The notes beneath the pieces were generated by a model. It was not told the DNA's origin, searched no databases, and saw only the letters and a list, made by a program, of their open reading frames with translations. Position numbers and translations under genes: made by a program. A stretch of DNA of 64,000 nucleotides from Eledone cirrhosa (Eukaryota), in NCBI GenBank assembly GCA_964016885.1, contig OZ024753.1, forward strand, positions 1,550,001 to 1,614,000, written 5' to 3'. Position 1 is the first letter of the stretch; each line of letters starts with the position of its first letter. Below, piece by piece: positions 41,811 to 57,411 of this stretch.

Positions 41811-43469
41811 ATATATATATAATATAATATATATATAATATATAATATAATATATAATATATAATATAATATATAATATATATATAATATATAATATATA
41901 TATAATATATATAATATATATGTATATAATATATATATATGTATATAATATATATATATAATATATATAATATATATATATGTATATAATATATATATGT
42001 ATATAATATATATATATAATATATATAATATATATATATGTATATAATATATATATGTATATAATATATATATGTATATAATATATATATATAATATATA
42101 TAATATATATATGTATATAATATATATATATAATATATATAATATATAATATATATATAATATATATATATAATATATATAATATATAATATATATATAA
42201 TATATATATAATACATATATAATATATATATAATATATATATATTATATATATAATATATATATAATATATATATAATATATATATAATATATATATAAT
42301 ATATATATAATATATATATAATATATATATAATATATATAATATATATATAATATATATAATATATATATAATATATATATAATATATATAATATATATA
42401 TAATATATATAATATATATAATATATATATATACAATATATATAATATATATATATACAATATATATAATATATATATATATACTATATATAAATATAAT
42501 ATATATAATATATATATATACTATATATAATATATATATATATACTATATATATATACTATATATAATATATATATATAATATATATATATATACTATAT
42601 ATATATAATATATATATATATACTATATATATATATACTATATATATATAATATATATATATAATATATATATATATAATATATATATATATAATATATA
42701 TATATATAATATATATAAATATAATATATATATATATAATATATATATATATAATATATATAAATATAATATATATAAATATAATATATATATATATATA
42801 ATATATATAAATATAATATATATATATATATAATATATATATATATAATATATATATATATAATATATATATATATAATATATATATATATATAATATAT
42901 ATAAATATAATATATATAAATATAATATATATATATATAATATATATATATATATAATATAATATATATATATATAATATATATATATATATAATATATA
43001 TATATAATATATATAAATATAATATATATATATATATATAATATATATAAATATAATATATATAAATATAATATATATAAATATAATATATATAAATATA
43101 ATATATACATATATAATATATATATAATATATATATATAATATATATATATAATATATATATGTAATATATATATATAATATATATATATAATATATATA
43201 TGTAATATATATATATATAATATATATATATAATATATATATGTAATATATATATTATATATATATATATGTAATATATATATATATATTATATATATAT
43301 ATATATAATATATAATATAATATATATATATATATATAATATATATATAGTATATAATATATATATATATATATATATAATATATATATGTAATATATAT
43401 ATATATATTATATATATATATATATAATATATAATATAATATATATATATATATATAATATATATATAG

Positions 43470-43500
<31 letters not shown>
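41755..43500. repeat. 1.75-kb nearly pure A/T simple repeat (TA)n/TATAA
   Basis: Directly visible. Confidence 0.98.
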
Positions 43501-44624
43501 GCACAAATAAATACATTTTCGTTGCACATATTTCCCGAATTAGAAATGGAGTAATCAAGGGAGATAAAAAGAATAAATCAATGGAAATTGAGCTTATCAG
43601 GTTTTGGTCGAAATACAATATTACCCGATAGTTACATATGTTAGCAAAATATTTCTACGCATTTGAGGCACAAAACTGATTAATAACGCTCAAAATATGA
43701 AGTATGTTTTTGTAATAATGCCTGCTGAATCATTTTCAATGAAAATATATAATGACTTCTATTTGATAATAATAATTTTTCTGAAACAACGGAACAGCAA
43801 TTCAAATTGTTTCCGTCCTGAATCTTCTAGTTTCGTTCCAGAGTTATTTATTTAGCTGTCCTCCGGCATAATCTCTTATCAGGAGAGGGAAATTGCGATG
43901 AGATATCAATAATCTATTTCTTGGTATTGTTTATATTTTGTTCTTTTTCCTTAGTGAAAATTACGTTTATGTTTTTGTCCGTATATGTCGAATGGGAATC
44001 AACAATTTTACTGCAACCATAGTAATATTAATATAAAAAAAACAACAACAACACTAGAAAATAAATGCGAATGGAAAATTATCTATCATGGAAATATTTC
44101 AAAAACAAGCTAAGAAATCAGAGATTTATGAGAAAATCAAATGAAAGAACTTTGTTAGACTTGCTAAATGTAGCTGAAACATTTCATTGAATTGACACCC
44201 TGTTGTCAGAACATATTTGAAAATGCAGTCATACTTACACCTAAAAGAACGGGATAGTTATGACTGGAATGTCTTTGAACATATGGCTGCTGAATCAGGA
44301 CCGAGCTGGTGTTAAACACGAAATCGTTACCAAACGAGGACAATAAGCCGACGTTGACAGTAAATTAAGACAAAATGATCTGGGAGTCTTAAAAGAAGAC
44401 GTCGAGAACCTTAGAAAATACGAGTGGATATATTACTAAAGGAGATTGAAGCGGAAGATCTGAAAATTGTGATTGAAGATAGTACGGGTCCAATATAATT
44501 GGTGTTGTGGCTAAAACTTGCGCAGGTTTAGCGAGGATCCTATTAGGTAGAATCTCATGGGAGGTTTATTTAGCGTTCTAATGATAGGAGCTTCAGACCT
44601 AACATGTTATATTTGTCGCAGTGA

Positions 44625-44910
44625 AAGAAGGCAGAATTTGAACTCAGGAGACAGAGAGTTGGAACAGATACCACAAGACACATTTAACAGCCTCGAAGGA
44701 ATGAAAAGCAAAGTTAACCTCGGTGAGATTTAAACCCAGGACACAGATAATGCAACACCCGTTAACAATTCCGCCAATTCATTGTCCAAGATATATCAAC
44801 CCTGAAAGAATGAAAGGCAAATTTAACCTTGGCGAATTTGAACTCAGAGCCGGAACAAACACCGCAAGGAGATTTAATCCGATGTTCTACTGATTCTGGG
44901 AATTTGTCGC
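44625..44910 (-). mobile_element. Cluster of Nin-SINE fragments
   Basis: Three partial GAATGAAAGGCAAA/TTTGAACTCAG segments. Confidence 0.65.
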
Positions 44911-45668
44911 CAGAATCGAGGCAGGCTGCAGGCAATCGATTCTGGCAAAATGTAAAACAATAGCACAGCAATTATATCCTTTCAAAGCTTAAAATACTTT
45001 AACTGTAAAAAAAAAGGTACAAATACCAATTTCCTAATCCTTACATTCCTAAATATTTATTAAAATCCGATTTTTATGTTAGAGGAGAGAAAATAGGAAG
45101 TCTAAACGTTTAACGTTTTTCCACGGTAATTAGCATATTGATAAAAAATGGCTTTAGTCTTGTATTGTTACTGGGTTCTGGATTTGGCGACAGTATGATA
45201 TTACCTCCAGACTTTTCATCGATCGTCCTTTACTAATATGACCTTTATTCTGATATAAACAAGAAGTCTGTGATTAGCTTTCGAAGAGAGATAAACAGGA
45301 AGTATGATATTGATGTCTTCCTTATAGTTATTTCTTTACTTTACATCTTACAGTTTATTTACCTTTCAAGGCAGCATCAAAAGCTATGCAATATATATAT
45401 ATATAAAATTTATAACAAAATCAACCAAAAATAGAATAAATAAAAGTTGTTTTTTTTATTCAGACAACTATGTAAGTACTGAATGTAGAAGTGAATTTCA
45501 TCAGACGAGTTGTGGTTGTTATTGTTGTTTTGCTCCAGGACAGGACTAATGTTGAACACTCGTCATGAAAGGTGTTTCAATCGTGATCTTAATGTTCATT
45601 GTAAGTACATTATTCAACACACCCACGCTCGAGAATACATATATATGTACGTATACGTATAATATATA

Positions 45669-45767
<99 letters not shown>

Positions 45768-46587
45768 AGAAAGAGAGAGAGAGCATAAATAATGTTTCAT
45801 ACATTTAACATGTATTTGCGACCATTGGTTTCGGGGTCCAGTTTTGACACCTATGTACGTGGGGTGATTATATAAGTTAGGAAAAACATACAAGGTGTGA
45901 TTAAAAAAATATTAATTATACATTTTTACACGTGTTTCATTATTGGGTTGCATCATAGTCTACGTGGCTGTTTAGAGATATTGATATCTCCAATCATACA
46001 CACTCATACGCACTCTTTCTCTGAGTCCCTCTTATTAATTTTTTAATAGCTTCTAAAAATGGTTTATTTTAACCGCAGTAAATATTTTTATGTCTCTAAA
46101 AATATATGGAACTATAATTTAGTTCTTGAAATGTTTTAAATCCTCTACAATAGATTCAAACTGTAATCTTTAATCTTTACAAAGCAATCCCTATTGTAAG
46201 ATAATATTCCATTGCAGTCCATTTTAAATAATATATCACTTTGTTATTACAAAAATGGAAATTGAAACACAACATCCGTTTTTAATTTCTTTTCCAATAA
46301 TTTGTTTTTAAATTTCGAATTGGTAAACGCAACGCAGATGTTTTTCATAAACTGATCTAGAGGAAATTGAATATTGAATTAGAAATTCTAACAGGAATTT
46401 AGAAACTTTTGTTCAATCTGTGTATCGGCAGACGTGAGAATTTATCACTTGATCTTTTACATTAACCATATGTATCCAGCCATGGGAAACTATCCATATT
46501 AACATTTAAATAGACAACAGTGGCATATAATGATTTTTACTTTAAGTACACAGCCAGTAAGATTTTGGATAAGATGAGGCCCGATTA

Positions 46588-46729
46588 CGTGACTAGTGCT
46601 GTATTTTATCAACATCAGAAATATTGAAGGCAAAGTTAACCTCAGCGAGATTGAACTCAGAGTGTAAAGAGCCGGAACAAATACTACAAAGCATTTGTCA
46701 GACGCTTTAACGACTGCCAATCCACTGCC
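46588..46729 (-). mobile_element. Diverged Nin-SINE
   Basis: Reverse complement of head and core. Confidence 0.75.
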
Positions 46730-46836
46730 ATCCCGGTAGTATATAATCTAAACTATAATAAAGTAAGGAGTGCGGGACTGCGTACGGTTTATTTCTTTTA
46801 ATCCAGTTAGTAAAATACGTTGGATTACTTTGAATA

Positions 46837-47024
46837 AATAATTGTTTCTACTTTAGGCACAAGGCCAGCAATTACCCAGTGCATTACTGGTACTTTATTT
46901 TATCGACCCCGTAAGGATGAAAGGCAAAGTCAACCTCGGCGGGATTTGAACTCAGATCGTAAAGGGACGTAACTATGCTAGAAAGCATGGCGTCCGACCC
47001 TCTACCGATACTGCCAATCCACCG
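46837..47024 (-). mobile_element. Nin-domain SINE (short, young variant)
   Basis: Nearly identical to the reverse complement of 54997-55182. Confidence 0.93.
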
Positions 47025-47649
47025 AATGAATGAATATTACATATCACTTATTTATGTCATTATATATATATATATATACTTTTAAATTAAAATTCTTACG
47101 AAGTTATAAACTTCCTTTTCCATTTTTTATTTTTATATATACTTTTATACGCCTAACACATAATGACTAACTACTGTTCTTTTTCTGGTCAACATGCACA
47201 CTCATATTCCAATGTAATTTTTAATTACATGTCTGTTAATGTAAATACGCTTGAAGCAGCGAAATTCAGGATGTTGAAATACAAATTATCACCATCTGAC
47301 TTCCTGACATACTGTTGTAAGATCATGAGAGAGGGAGAGAGGGAGAGAGAGGGAGAGAGAGAGGGGGGAGAGAGGGACAGAGAGAGAGGGAGAGAGACAT
47401 GAAGAGGAGAGAGATAAAGAGAGGGAGAGAGACACGAAGAGGAGAGAGACATGAAGAGGAGAGAGATAAAGAGAGGGAGAGAGATATACAAATGTAAAAC
47501 AAAGAAAGAAATTAAACAAATGAAAATTAAAGGCAAGATAACAGTTAAAATGTGTAAATCCAAAATAAAATGGCTGCAAGGTGTTAATATGAAATAAAAT
47601 TGATGATTTAATGTGGCATTCAACTAGTGTGATGTAGTTATATGTATCA

Positions 47650-48045
47650 ACTGTTGTTGGTGTGTTGGTGGGGGGGGGGGGGGTCTGATGGTGTGTTGGT
47701 GGGGGTGTGAGATGGTGTGATGGTATGTTGGTGTGGTGGTGTAATGGTGGTGTAATGGTGGGGGTGTGGTGGGTGGGGTGGGGGGTGGGTGGGGGGGTGG
47801 TGTGGGTGTGGTGTGGGCGTGGGGTTGATTGGGGGTGTGGTGTGGTGGTGTGTCGGTGATGTTGATGTGGTGGTGTGTCGGTGATGTGTTTGTGAAGTTG
47901 TGTGTTGATGTGTTGGTGGTATGTTGGTAGTATGTTGGTGGTATGTTGGTGTGGTGTTGGTGAAGTGGTGTGTTGGTGTGGCGGTGGTATGTTGGTGCGT
48001 TGGTGGTATGTTGGTGCGTTGGTGGTATCTTGGTGTGGTGGTGCG
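47650..48045. repeat. G/T-rich low-complexity tract (GGT/GGGGT)
   Basis: Directly visible. Confidence 0.9.
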
Positions 48046-48264
48046 TTTCCTTGTTAGTCACTTTGGTTGTTCAAGTGATGCAACATTTGTATGTGTGTAT
48101 GTATGTGTATGTGTGTGTTGTGTACGCGTGTGTATGTGTGTTTATTTGTGGGAGTTCATGTGTCGTCATCTGTGCATTAGATATCTACCACTTCACTGTG
48201 CTCATATGTGCCTTTCTCTTTTGTTTCATTTCTACATGCTGAGTATTATATAAATATATGATAA

Positions 48265-48450
48265 GGGCGGTGGGTTGGCAGTATCGGTAGAGGGTCGGAC
48301 GCCATGCTTTGACGTATAGAGTTACAGCCCTTGCCATTCTGAGTTCAAATCCCGTCGAGGTTAACTTTATTTTATCAACCCCATAAGGATGAAAGGCAAA
48401 GTATCAGTAATACACTGGGTAATTGCTGGCCTTGTGCCAAAAGTAGAAAC

Positions 48451-48456
<6 letters not shown>
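48265..48456 (+). mobile_element. Nin-domain SINE with internal micro-inversion
   Basis: Head and tail are on +, while 48364-48402 is the reverse complement of the consensus segment. Confidence 0.9.
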
Positions 48457-48489
<33 letters not shown>

Positions 48490-48886
48490 TGGGCGCGCGC
48501 GCGCGCACACACACTACCAAAAATGGACATAGACGACAAACGAATATGAGAACCAAATCTCTTCAGCCACTTTCTGTAAATACAATTTCGTACATTAGTA
48601 TGGGATTGTATTATTAAAATCAGGTGGTACAGCTCTATAAAGAAATGTTTAGACACCAGTAGGATGCATAAAACAACAGAGTAACTGAAGCTGAAATATA
48701 CAATACAGGTAAATATAAACGAGTATTTCTACTCAGACAAAATACAAAATGTGTATGTGACTTGTGAAAAGACAAGGCTACATCAGGTAAACTTGGAAAG
48801 GAACGAAATGTAGGGACTTTCGTTCAAAAAGAAGAGACGGCAAAAGAGAGAGAGAGAGAGAAAGAAAGAGAGAGAGAAAGAGAGAA

Positions 48887-48917
<31 letters not shown>

Positions 48918-49429
48918 AAGAGAGAGAGTAAGAGAAAGAGAGAAAGAGAGAGAGTAAGAGAAAGAGAGAGAGAGAGAAAAAGAGAAAGAGAGAGAGAGAA
49001 AGAGAGCGAGAGAATTCGAAAAAAAGAAAAACGATACAGTTTACGTTCATGTGTACACATATATACATCATACACATATACTACGTACATACACACATAT
49101 ATAAGTACACATTCACATAACTACATACATACATACATACACATAGCTACATACATACATCTTCAGTACTCCCACGACCCTTTGCGTCCAATGTAAAGAA
49201 GGCAAACAACACGTCACTACTACAATCATTCTTATTTAGAAGATGAGGCTTTGAAGGTCTCGAAACATTAATCGTCTTAAGGATTTAGGAACGCTATTGT
49301 TATTGCTAGAAACGAAACAATGAAATAATGCGAAATAATGAAAAATTTTTTAAAGAAAGATCAAACTTGATCATAGTCCGGTCTACAATATAACATATTT
49401 GATCGGAAAGCTGTTCCTCTTTTACATAT

Positions 49430-50440
49430 ACACATCTACATAACTATTTACATACACATACCTACGAAAATATTTACACACACACACACACACACATATA
49501 TATAAACATAAATATTTACACATTCATACCTACATAAATATTTACACATACACACATATCTACATAAATATTTACATACACACATAAATATTTACACACA
49601 CACACACATACCTACATAAATATTTACACACACACACATACCTACATAAATATTTACACATACACACATATCTACATAAATATTTACACATACACACATA
49701 TCTACATAAATATTTACATACACATACCTATATAAATATTTACATATCTGCATAAATATTTACATATCTACATAAATATTTACATATCTACATAAATATT
49801 TAAACACACATTACATAAATATTTACACACATACTTACAAACATATTTACACACACACACACACACACACATATCTACATGAATATTTACATATCTACAT
49901 AAATATTTACATATCTACATAAATATTTACATATCTACATAAATATTTAAACACACATTACATAAATATTTACACACATACTTACAAACATATTTACACA
50001 CACACACACATATCTACATGAATATTTACATATCTACATAAATATTTACATATCTACATAAATATTTAAACACACATTACATAAATATTTACACACATAC
50101 TTACAAACATATTTACACACACACACATATCTACATGAATATTTACGTATATACACCTACAAAAATATTTACGTATACACACACATCTACAGAAATATTT
50201 TCATATACATATCTACATAGATATTTACACATACACATATCTACATAGATATTTCCATACACATACCTATATAAATATTTACACATATATATCTACATAA
50301 ATATTTACACACCCACATCTACATAAATATTTATATGCACACATATCTATATAAATATTTACATATACATACCAACATAAATATTTACATACACATATCT
50401 ACATAAATATTTAGACATATATATCTACATAAATATTTGC
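49430..50440. repeat. About 1-kb minisatellite with core ATCTACATAAATATTTAC
   Basis: Dozens of core copies separated by variable (AC)n; a higher-order block is repeated between about 49740 and 50150. Confidence 0.95.
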
Positions 50441-50757
50441 ATGCATACACACAAAACTATACTAACATACAAACTCGTAAACGTGAACATTGAAAATGAA
50501 AGAAGCCATAAAAGATTTAAATATATTTAATAAACCTAGTAATCTCAAACATCTTACTCTGCTAACACCCATCTCTCTCGTGTGTCCGAAACCTTCCTTA
50601 TTTATTTCTAAAAATACATACGACAGAAAATATAGTAAAAACAAGAAAATACAATGTATTGTTCAACCAGCAGTTACATGTTTTTCAACCAACAATCAGC
50701 TTACAATGAAGAATATTAAATCCATATTTAAGTCATCTTATCGTAAATTTTCGCTGG

Positions 50758-50795
<38 letters not shown>

Positions 50796-52093
50796 CACCT
50801 TGATATTAAAGTGGGTAAGACAGACTAGCTCACGTTAACATTAATTCCAAGGTTGAGCTGTTTTACCGAGGAATCACTCGTTAGCATTATACAATGTTGA
50901 TGATTTAACAAGTTGTTATTGTTATTGTCGTTCAGCTATTGGTCAAAATCTCCGAGAAAGAGAATATTTCCTGCATTGAAACCTCCATTTTGTTTTACCT
51001 GGTTTAAAATTGACATTTATCCAGATAATCACTGATGGACTTGTTCCTAATTGTCAACATAGTAATCGGGAAGTGACCATCTAATACATATAATACACAT
51101 TTTTCCAATTCCATGTCTAAATTGAACAGTACAATTATACAAGACGTGTTCAAGGTTCAACAAACCTTTTCAACGTTGTTTTTCCTAGCCCCTTCTTTAA
51201 AGAATAATTAAATAAAAGAAACACCAGATATATTCAATTATATATACATATAATTATACACATTCATACATTGTGGCATTCATACACTCACTGTTACATA
51301 CACATATGCGTACATACATATATATATCATACATACATTAATACATCCACACACACACACATATACATATGTGCGCATGTGTGTTACATTTTTGTAAGAC
51401 CTCAGCAATATTTTCATATGGGCTTATGCAAGTATACACATATATATAGAGAGAGTGTGTGTGCGTGTGTGTAAAAAGGAGCGATCGACTTTCGTCAAAT
51501 CGGACCGAGGAAACAATGTTTCCATTGGTCTTACCAGTTGTTAATGCTATCTATCTGTCGCAGCTCCAGGTAGAAGGAGCAACGTGAAATAAAGTGTCTT
51601 GCCCAAGGACACAATGCATCACCCGGTCTTGGAATCGAACTCACACCTTCACGATATATATATATATATATATATGCATACGCACACAGCCACACACACA
51701 CACATACACCATTTGTACCCCCGTTTCATCCCAACCCAAAGCAAAGCAAACTGTTGCCCGCAAAAAATCGATTGATAACAACATTTTGTAATGTCATAAA
51801 ATGAACAAGGATAAAATTAAAACACCATAGGCAAAACTACAATATTTCACTAAAAAATTTATTAAACTACTAGAAAAAAGCAGTCTGTTTTCGACAGCAG
51901 GCTCTTATTAAACTGAAAAATTCTAAAACTGATTTGTGTTTATAAAGACACTAGTTGCCCTTGAATATCCTATGTATCTCTCCATGTATGGAAACCAGTA
52001 TATATATAACCTATATATATATACCTCTCTCTCTCTACACACACATACATATATATATATATATAACCTATATATCTCTATATATAGATGTAT

Positions 52094-52423
<330 letters not shown>

Positions 52424-52871
52424 CACACACACACAGACACATGTATGTATGCTTAAAGGGGAATTTATTTTCGGTGTCTTTTGAATGCAATGCCATACAG
52501 TTTAATGCCATTAACATTTACATGACAGCAATATCAACGAATGGAGAAACTGAATCGCTGAATACTAAAATGAATAGAAAATAAAATAAAATCAAAAAAT
52601 CACGCACTCATATACACACACAACACAATCAAACACATGTAAATAAGATCGATTATTGATTCTTTTTAAGTTGGATCAATTTTTTCTTTATGAAATGTAG
52701 CTCAGTTCTTAATTTTATCGTAGTCAGTGGTAAGCTGCGTTTAATTAAATAGTTGAGTATGTAAAATATTCAATTATGAGTTCATATATCGTGAGTACAA
52801 ACCTTAGGTGGACCAATTGTTAGGTAACAACTATTTTTCCCATAAAATCTTTTAATTAAACTATAGGTGTA

Positions 52872-52936
<65 letters not shown>

Positions 52937-53013
52937 ATGTGTGTGTGTGTGTGTGTATTTGTGGATATTAGCAAACTATGACAATGATGCAAGCCTGGAC
53001 AGTATATCATTAG

Positions 53014-53198
53014 CAGATCCCTCAACTCTGCTCGTCCGACAGGGAGATCTCCCACCCACTTTGGGATGGATGAGAGATGTCTTCTCTTGTGAAAATGGGC
53101 ATAGCTTTCATTATGTAAAATCACCCTATTTCTCGCCGTTTTGGGGCAATTTTTTTCATGGTACTCCTCGTTTGGGTTTTTAGATGCTGGCAGGTCTG
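53014..53198 (+). mobile_element. hAT-like MITE, copy 3 (apparent 6-bp TSD CATTAG)
   Basis: Termini CAGATCCCTCAAC...GCTGGCAGGTCTG; CATTAG at 53008-13 and 53199-204. Confidence 0.72.
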
Positions 53199-53443
53199 CA
53201 TTAGGGAGCTAATAATTTGGGAAATAATTAAGAATTTAGAGTGATTTAGGAATATCACAAATTTCTCCTTATTTTATTGGTGTTTAGAGAATACCATAAC
53301 ATAACAAATTTTAGAAAGAATTATGATGGATTGGTTTTAGATAAATATAAAAACTATAAAACAAAAAGATTTGAAATAGAAACAGGCTTATATTGTTTCA
53401 AAATGACTAAAACAACGTCTCGACAAACTACATATATAATATA

Positions 53444-54112
53444 TAGAGTGTTCCGGATAAATTTGATAGAGTCTAAATTTTGCAATTTTTTTTTTCTGAT
53501 ATACCCTTTTACCTGCGAAAAGTGAACAGCATTGTGAAACCTAATCCTGGCAGTTTTAAAGATGTCAAAGTTAACTGAAATGGGAAAGAATAACCTGCAT
53601 CATGATCATTCGTGTCGGGTATCAAAATTCCGCAATCATGACTGCTACTCAATGCTCCTTGAACACTGTGAAAGCAATAAGACGTCAAATGAAGAGCTGC
53701 AATGGAGACTACGAGGCCATGGCTTGTAGGAAAGAACACAACAAATGTTCTGATTGCCTCCGTACACCAGAATTTATTCAACAACTGCAGGAGAAAGTGA
53801 TGGAACACGAGCTTTAGCGCAGAAAAGGGCTTGCCTACAATCCATATGACGTTTCTCGTGTCATGAAGAGCAAGTTTCCTCAAATTGTAATGGATTTTGG
53901 ATGTGTCTCCAGTGAGGGTGATGTCATGTGACCTAACATCTTTGAACAGGGTCTCAGGATCAATTCAGCTGGCTATGTGGAGTTATTGATTACTCTGGTC
54001 AAGCCTTGGTTGGAGAGGGTGGCATTTGGAATAACATGTGTGTGGCAGCAAAATTCAGCTCCCTGCTACACCTCTGGGAAGACTCAGAAGGGGTTGTCAG
54101 AGAATCTTTAGA
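53444..54112 (+). pseudogene. Internally deleted DD37D/maT (Tc1-mariner superfamily) transposon
   Basis: TIR-like start after TA; N-terminal ..RKEHNKCSDCLRTPEFIQQLQ; catalytic region VMKSKFPQIVMDFGCVSSEGDVM*P..GLRINS..VKPWLERVA..VWQQNSAPCYTS; stops present. Confidence 0.85.
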
Positions 54113-54250
54113 TTCTTTCCTGATACATAACGTGTCTTGGGCATTTTAAACTCGGGGGAGCCCATCGCTCCTCTAATACTGAACCAATGATGCGAGAAAT
54201 ATATTCCCGACAGAGGAATGGACTCAATTACGATATAAATGGATATATAA

Positions 54251-54303
<53 letters not shown>

Positions 54304-54812
54304 TACATATATATTCATACATATACACACATACATATATACACACATATACATATATATACACACACACACACACACATACATGTATATTCATACATAT
54401 ACACACATACATATATACACACATATACATACATACACATACATACATACATACATACATACATACATACATAGAGAGAGAGATGGAAAAAAGATATATA
54501 CAGAGATGAGAATAAAGAGAGGGTTAAAGAAAGACAGAGAGGGTTAAAGAAAGACAGAGATAGGAAGAAAGTGAGAGGGAGGAAGGGAGAAAAATTAGTA
54601 TATTTTAGTGATTAATTTGAATATTTCAATATGTAAATATATTAATAATAATCTGCCTTCCTCTCATCCTCTATTTCTTTTTTCCTTCATTCTTGTCTCA
54701 TTTTCCACGATACCCTTCTCTTCAATTCTCTCCCGTAATCTGTCATTTATATATATAGTGATAAATATATATATATATTTACGAATACATACATACATAT
54801 GCATATATAGTC

Positions 54813-54854
<42 letters not shown>

Positions 54855-54996
54855 ATACAAATTTGTAAATGACATCACTGTGGAATTAAAAAGATTTGGT
54901 TTCGGCTTCGATGCCACTGCATGGCACCAGAGGCAAATACCATCTGTATTAGCCTCACACAAACATATAATATATATGTGAACATATAATATATAT

Positions 54997-55182
54997 GCGG
55001 TGGATTGGCAGTATCAGTAGAGGGTCGGACGCCATGCTTTCCAGCATAGTTACGTCCCTTTACGATCTGAGTTCAAATCCCGCCGAGGTTGACTTTGCCT
55101 TTCATCCTTACGGGGTCGATGAAATAAAGTACCAGTAATGTACTGGGTAATTGCTGGCCTTGTGCCTAAAGTAGAAACAAAT
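54997..55182 (+). mobile_element. Nin-domain SINE (short, young variant)
   Basis: Full head, core and tail. Confidence 0.93.
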
Positions 55183-55275
55183 ATATATATATATATATAA
55201 CGCATAAAATAACTGTAATAGTCGATCTCAATAAATAACAGCTGAGAGAATCAGGCAAAATAACCTTAGAGATGG

Positions 55276-55311
<36 letters not shown>

Positions 55312-55359
55312 ATACATACACACATATATATATGTATATATATACATACATACACACAT

Positions 55360-55446
55360 GTCAAGTAACTCTTCTAGGCTACTGGTAACATGTAATCCAG
55401 TACAACATGTGCATTTCGTCGTAAGGCGACTAAACCGGCAACTCAA
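55360..55446 (+). mobile_element. RTE-like 5' end fragment
   Basis: GCTACTGGTAACATGTAATCCAGTACAAC...GTCGTAAGGCGACTAAACCGGCAAC matches 9021-9088. Confidence 0.65.
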
Positions 55447-56224
55447 CCAATGTTCAGAGAGTGGAAACATATAAATCCTGAATAATATCTAACACTGCTC
55501 TTGGTGTCTATCAGATTGTTAAGTTGAACATTTTTGAATTATTCGCCTTTAAAAATAAAGCAGTTTGTGTTTTCATAATTTTACGCTATTGGAAAAAACA
55601 AAAAGAATTTCACAGCCCACCTATTTTCCTTAGGTCAATCCAGGCCCATTAAAAACATTTCTCAGGTCCACTTGTGAGCCCGAGGCCTATGTTGAGAATG
55701 ACTGATGTAAATGATACTTGTCTGAGATATCACGCAGTGGTATTAAATCCGGTATTTAATGATTGTGAAGTAAATTTGTTTAACTCATCTGTCATGCTGT
55801 GTCCCTAATTATGCCTGATAGGAAGAATCCTTCGTATGCCTCCTACACATGCTTTATCTGTAAAATATTCCTACAGGAAAAAAACAAGTGACAAACTAGC
55901 GAATAAAATATGCCTTATTATGCTATAAAATCTCCATGAATATGGGAAAGAACTCATTAATAGGGGACAATATGATTTTATTCTAAACTTAAATTTAGAA
56001 CGGAATTTCTATTAAGATGTGGAAAGGCAAATTGATGGAAAGAACGATCTTTCTGCTATTAAATAATTGTTTAAAATCAATATATTCCTCAGCTTCGTGC
56101 AACTGCAGGTGTGCTGTGCTGCTCTTCTTCAGTTCTCTTTCCTAATCTTTACACGCACACACACACACACACACACATACATACGTGTGTGTGTGTGTAT
56201 GTATGATCTCTTTCTCTTAACTTC

Positions 56225-56640
56225 GAGTATATTTTTTTGATCGGCCACCTTCCTGGTGGCAAGGTTGTAAAAGAAAAGAAATTGTCATCCTTTGAATCGC
56301 AAGAATGTTTTGCAAATTTTGAAGGTGCCAGCTATCGCAGCCATTTGTAGACTATGAATTAGGGAGCTGCGCACTTTGTCCGCAAATCCAAGTTCAGTCA
56401 TACTTTGGTCCAAGCGGGTTGGTATATAACCCGTAGCTCCAATAATGATGGGTATGAATCTAAAGGTGTATCTTGGATACTGGATTTGTAAACTCCTCAT
56501 CAATGGTCCGTAGATGTCCTCCTCCTCCTATTTTTCTGACAACGTTTACATCAAGGGGCAGCTGATCTCCACAACAGAACACGTTTTCAATGTGTGGTCC
56601 CAAACAACAATGTATTGTTCGTGTTCTATTCTGTTTCCCC
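56225..56640 (-). pseudogene. R4/NeSL-like non-LTR retrotransposon 3' fragment (RLE domain)
   Basis: YIVVWDHTLKTCSVVEISCPLDVNVVRK / EDIYGPLMRSLQIQYPRYTFRFIPIIIGATGYIP..LQMAAIAGTFKICKTF*, matching the RPD.VV.D..E.SCP.D.N..K..Y..IP..IG..G pattern; disrupted by stops/frameshifts. Confidence 0.8.
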
Positions 56641-56929
56641 GCGTCATGTTGAGTCATCGCCCCTCCTTGACTAGTTTTGTATTTGTCATTTGGGGCTTCT
56701 AACAGCCCTTCTTATCAGGCTAGCCTTATAAGGGTGCCGATTTATTGAATAAGAAAAAAATCATTAACAATATGTGAAGAAAATGAACAAAAAAAAAAGA
56801 AAAAAGGCCATGGCATACAATTTTAAGCAGAAGATCAGTTGTAATATGGCTTTGATAATCAACCTAGTGTTTATGGCTAAATTATTGAGTGACGCCATTG
56901 GTGTGTTCAACATAAAACAATCTAATTAG

Positions 56930-57411
56930 AAAACAATTTTTGGGGGAGGAGACAGTCTATTAGATCGACCCCAGTGCATTACTGGTGCTTTATTTTATCG
57001 ACCCCGTAAGGATGAAATGCAAAACAAACCTCGGTGGGGTTTGATCTCAGAACGTAAAGTGTCGTAAAGAATATTGTCCGACGCTCTACCGCTTCTGCAA
57101 AACCGCCACTTAATAATTGTTCTACTTTTGGTACAGGGCCAACAAACCCAGTACATATCTGGTACTTTATTTTATCGACCCCGTAAGGATGAAAGGCAAA
57201 GTTAACCTCGGCGGGATTTGAACTCAGAATGGCAAGGGCCGTAACTCTATGCTGCAAAGCATGGCGTCCGACCCTCTACCGATACTCCTTAATAATTGTT
57301 TCTACGTTAGGCACAAGGCCAGCAATTACCAGTACATTACTGGTACTTTATTTTATCGACCCCGTAAGGATGAAAGGCAAAGTTAACCTCGGCGGGATTT
57401 GAACTCAGACC
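56930..57411 (-). mobile_element. Three tandem Nin-SINE copies (56930-57109, 57110-57287, 57290-57411)
   Basis: Three successive reverse-complement cores. Confidence 0.9.

Noticed and set aside
45890-46370. Mariner-like TIR and N-terminal remnant
   Set aside because: Too degenerate to support by eye
49228-49285. Hammerhead-like AGAAGATGAGGC..TCTCGAAACATTAATCGTC
   Set aside because: Core lacks the CU and stem I pairing is poor; possible relic only
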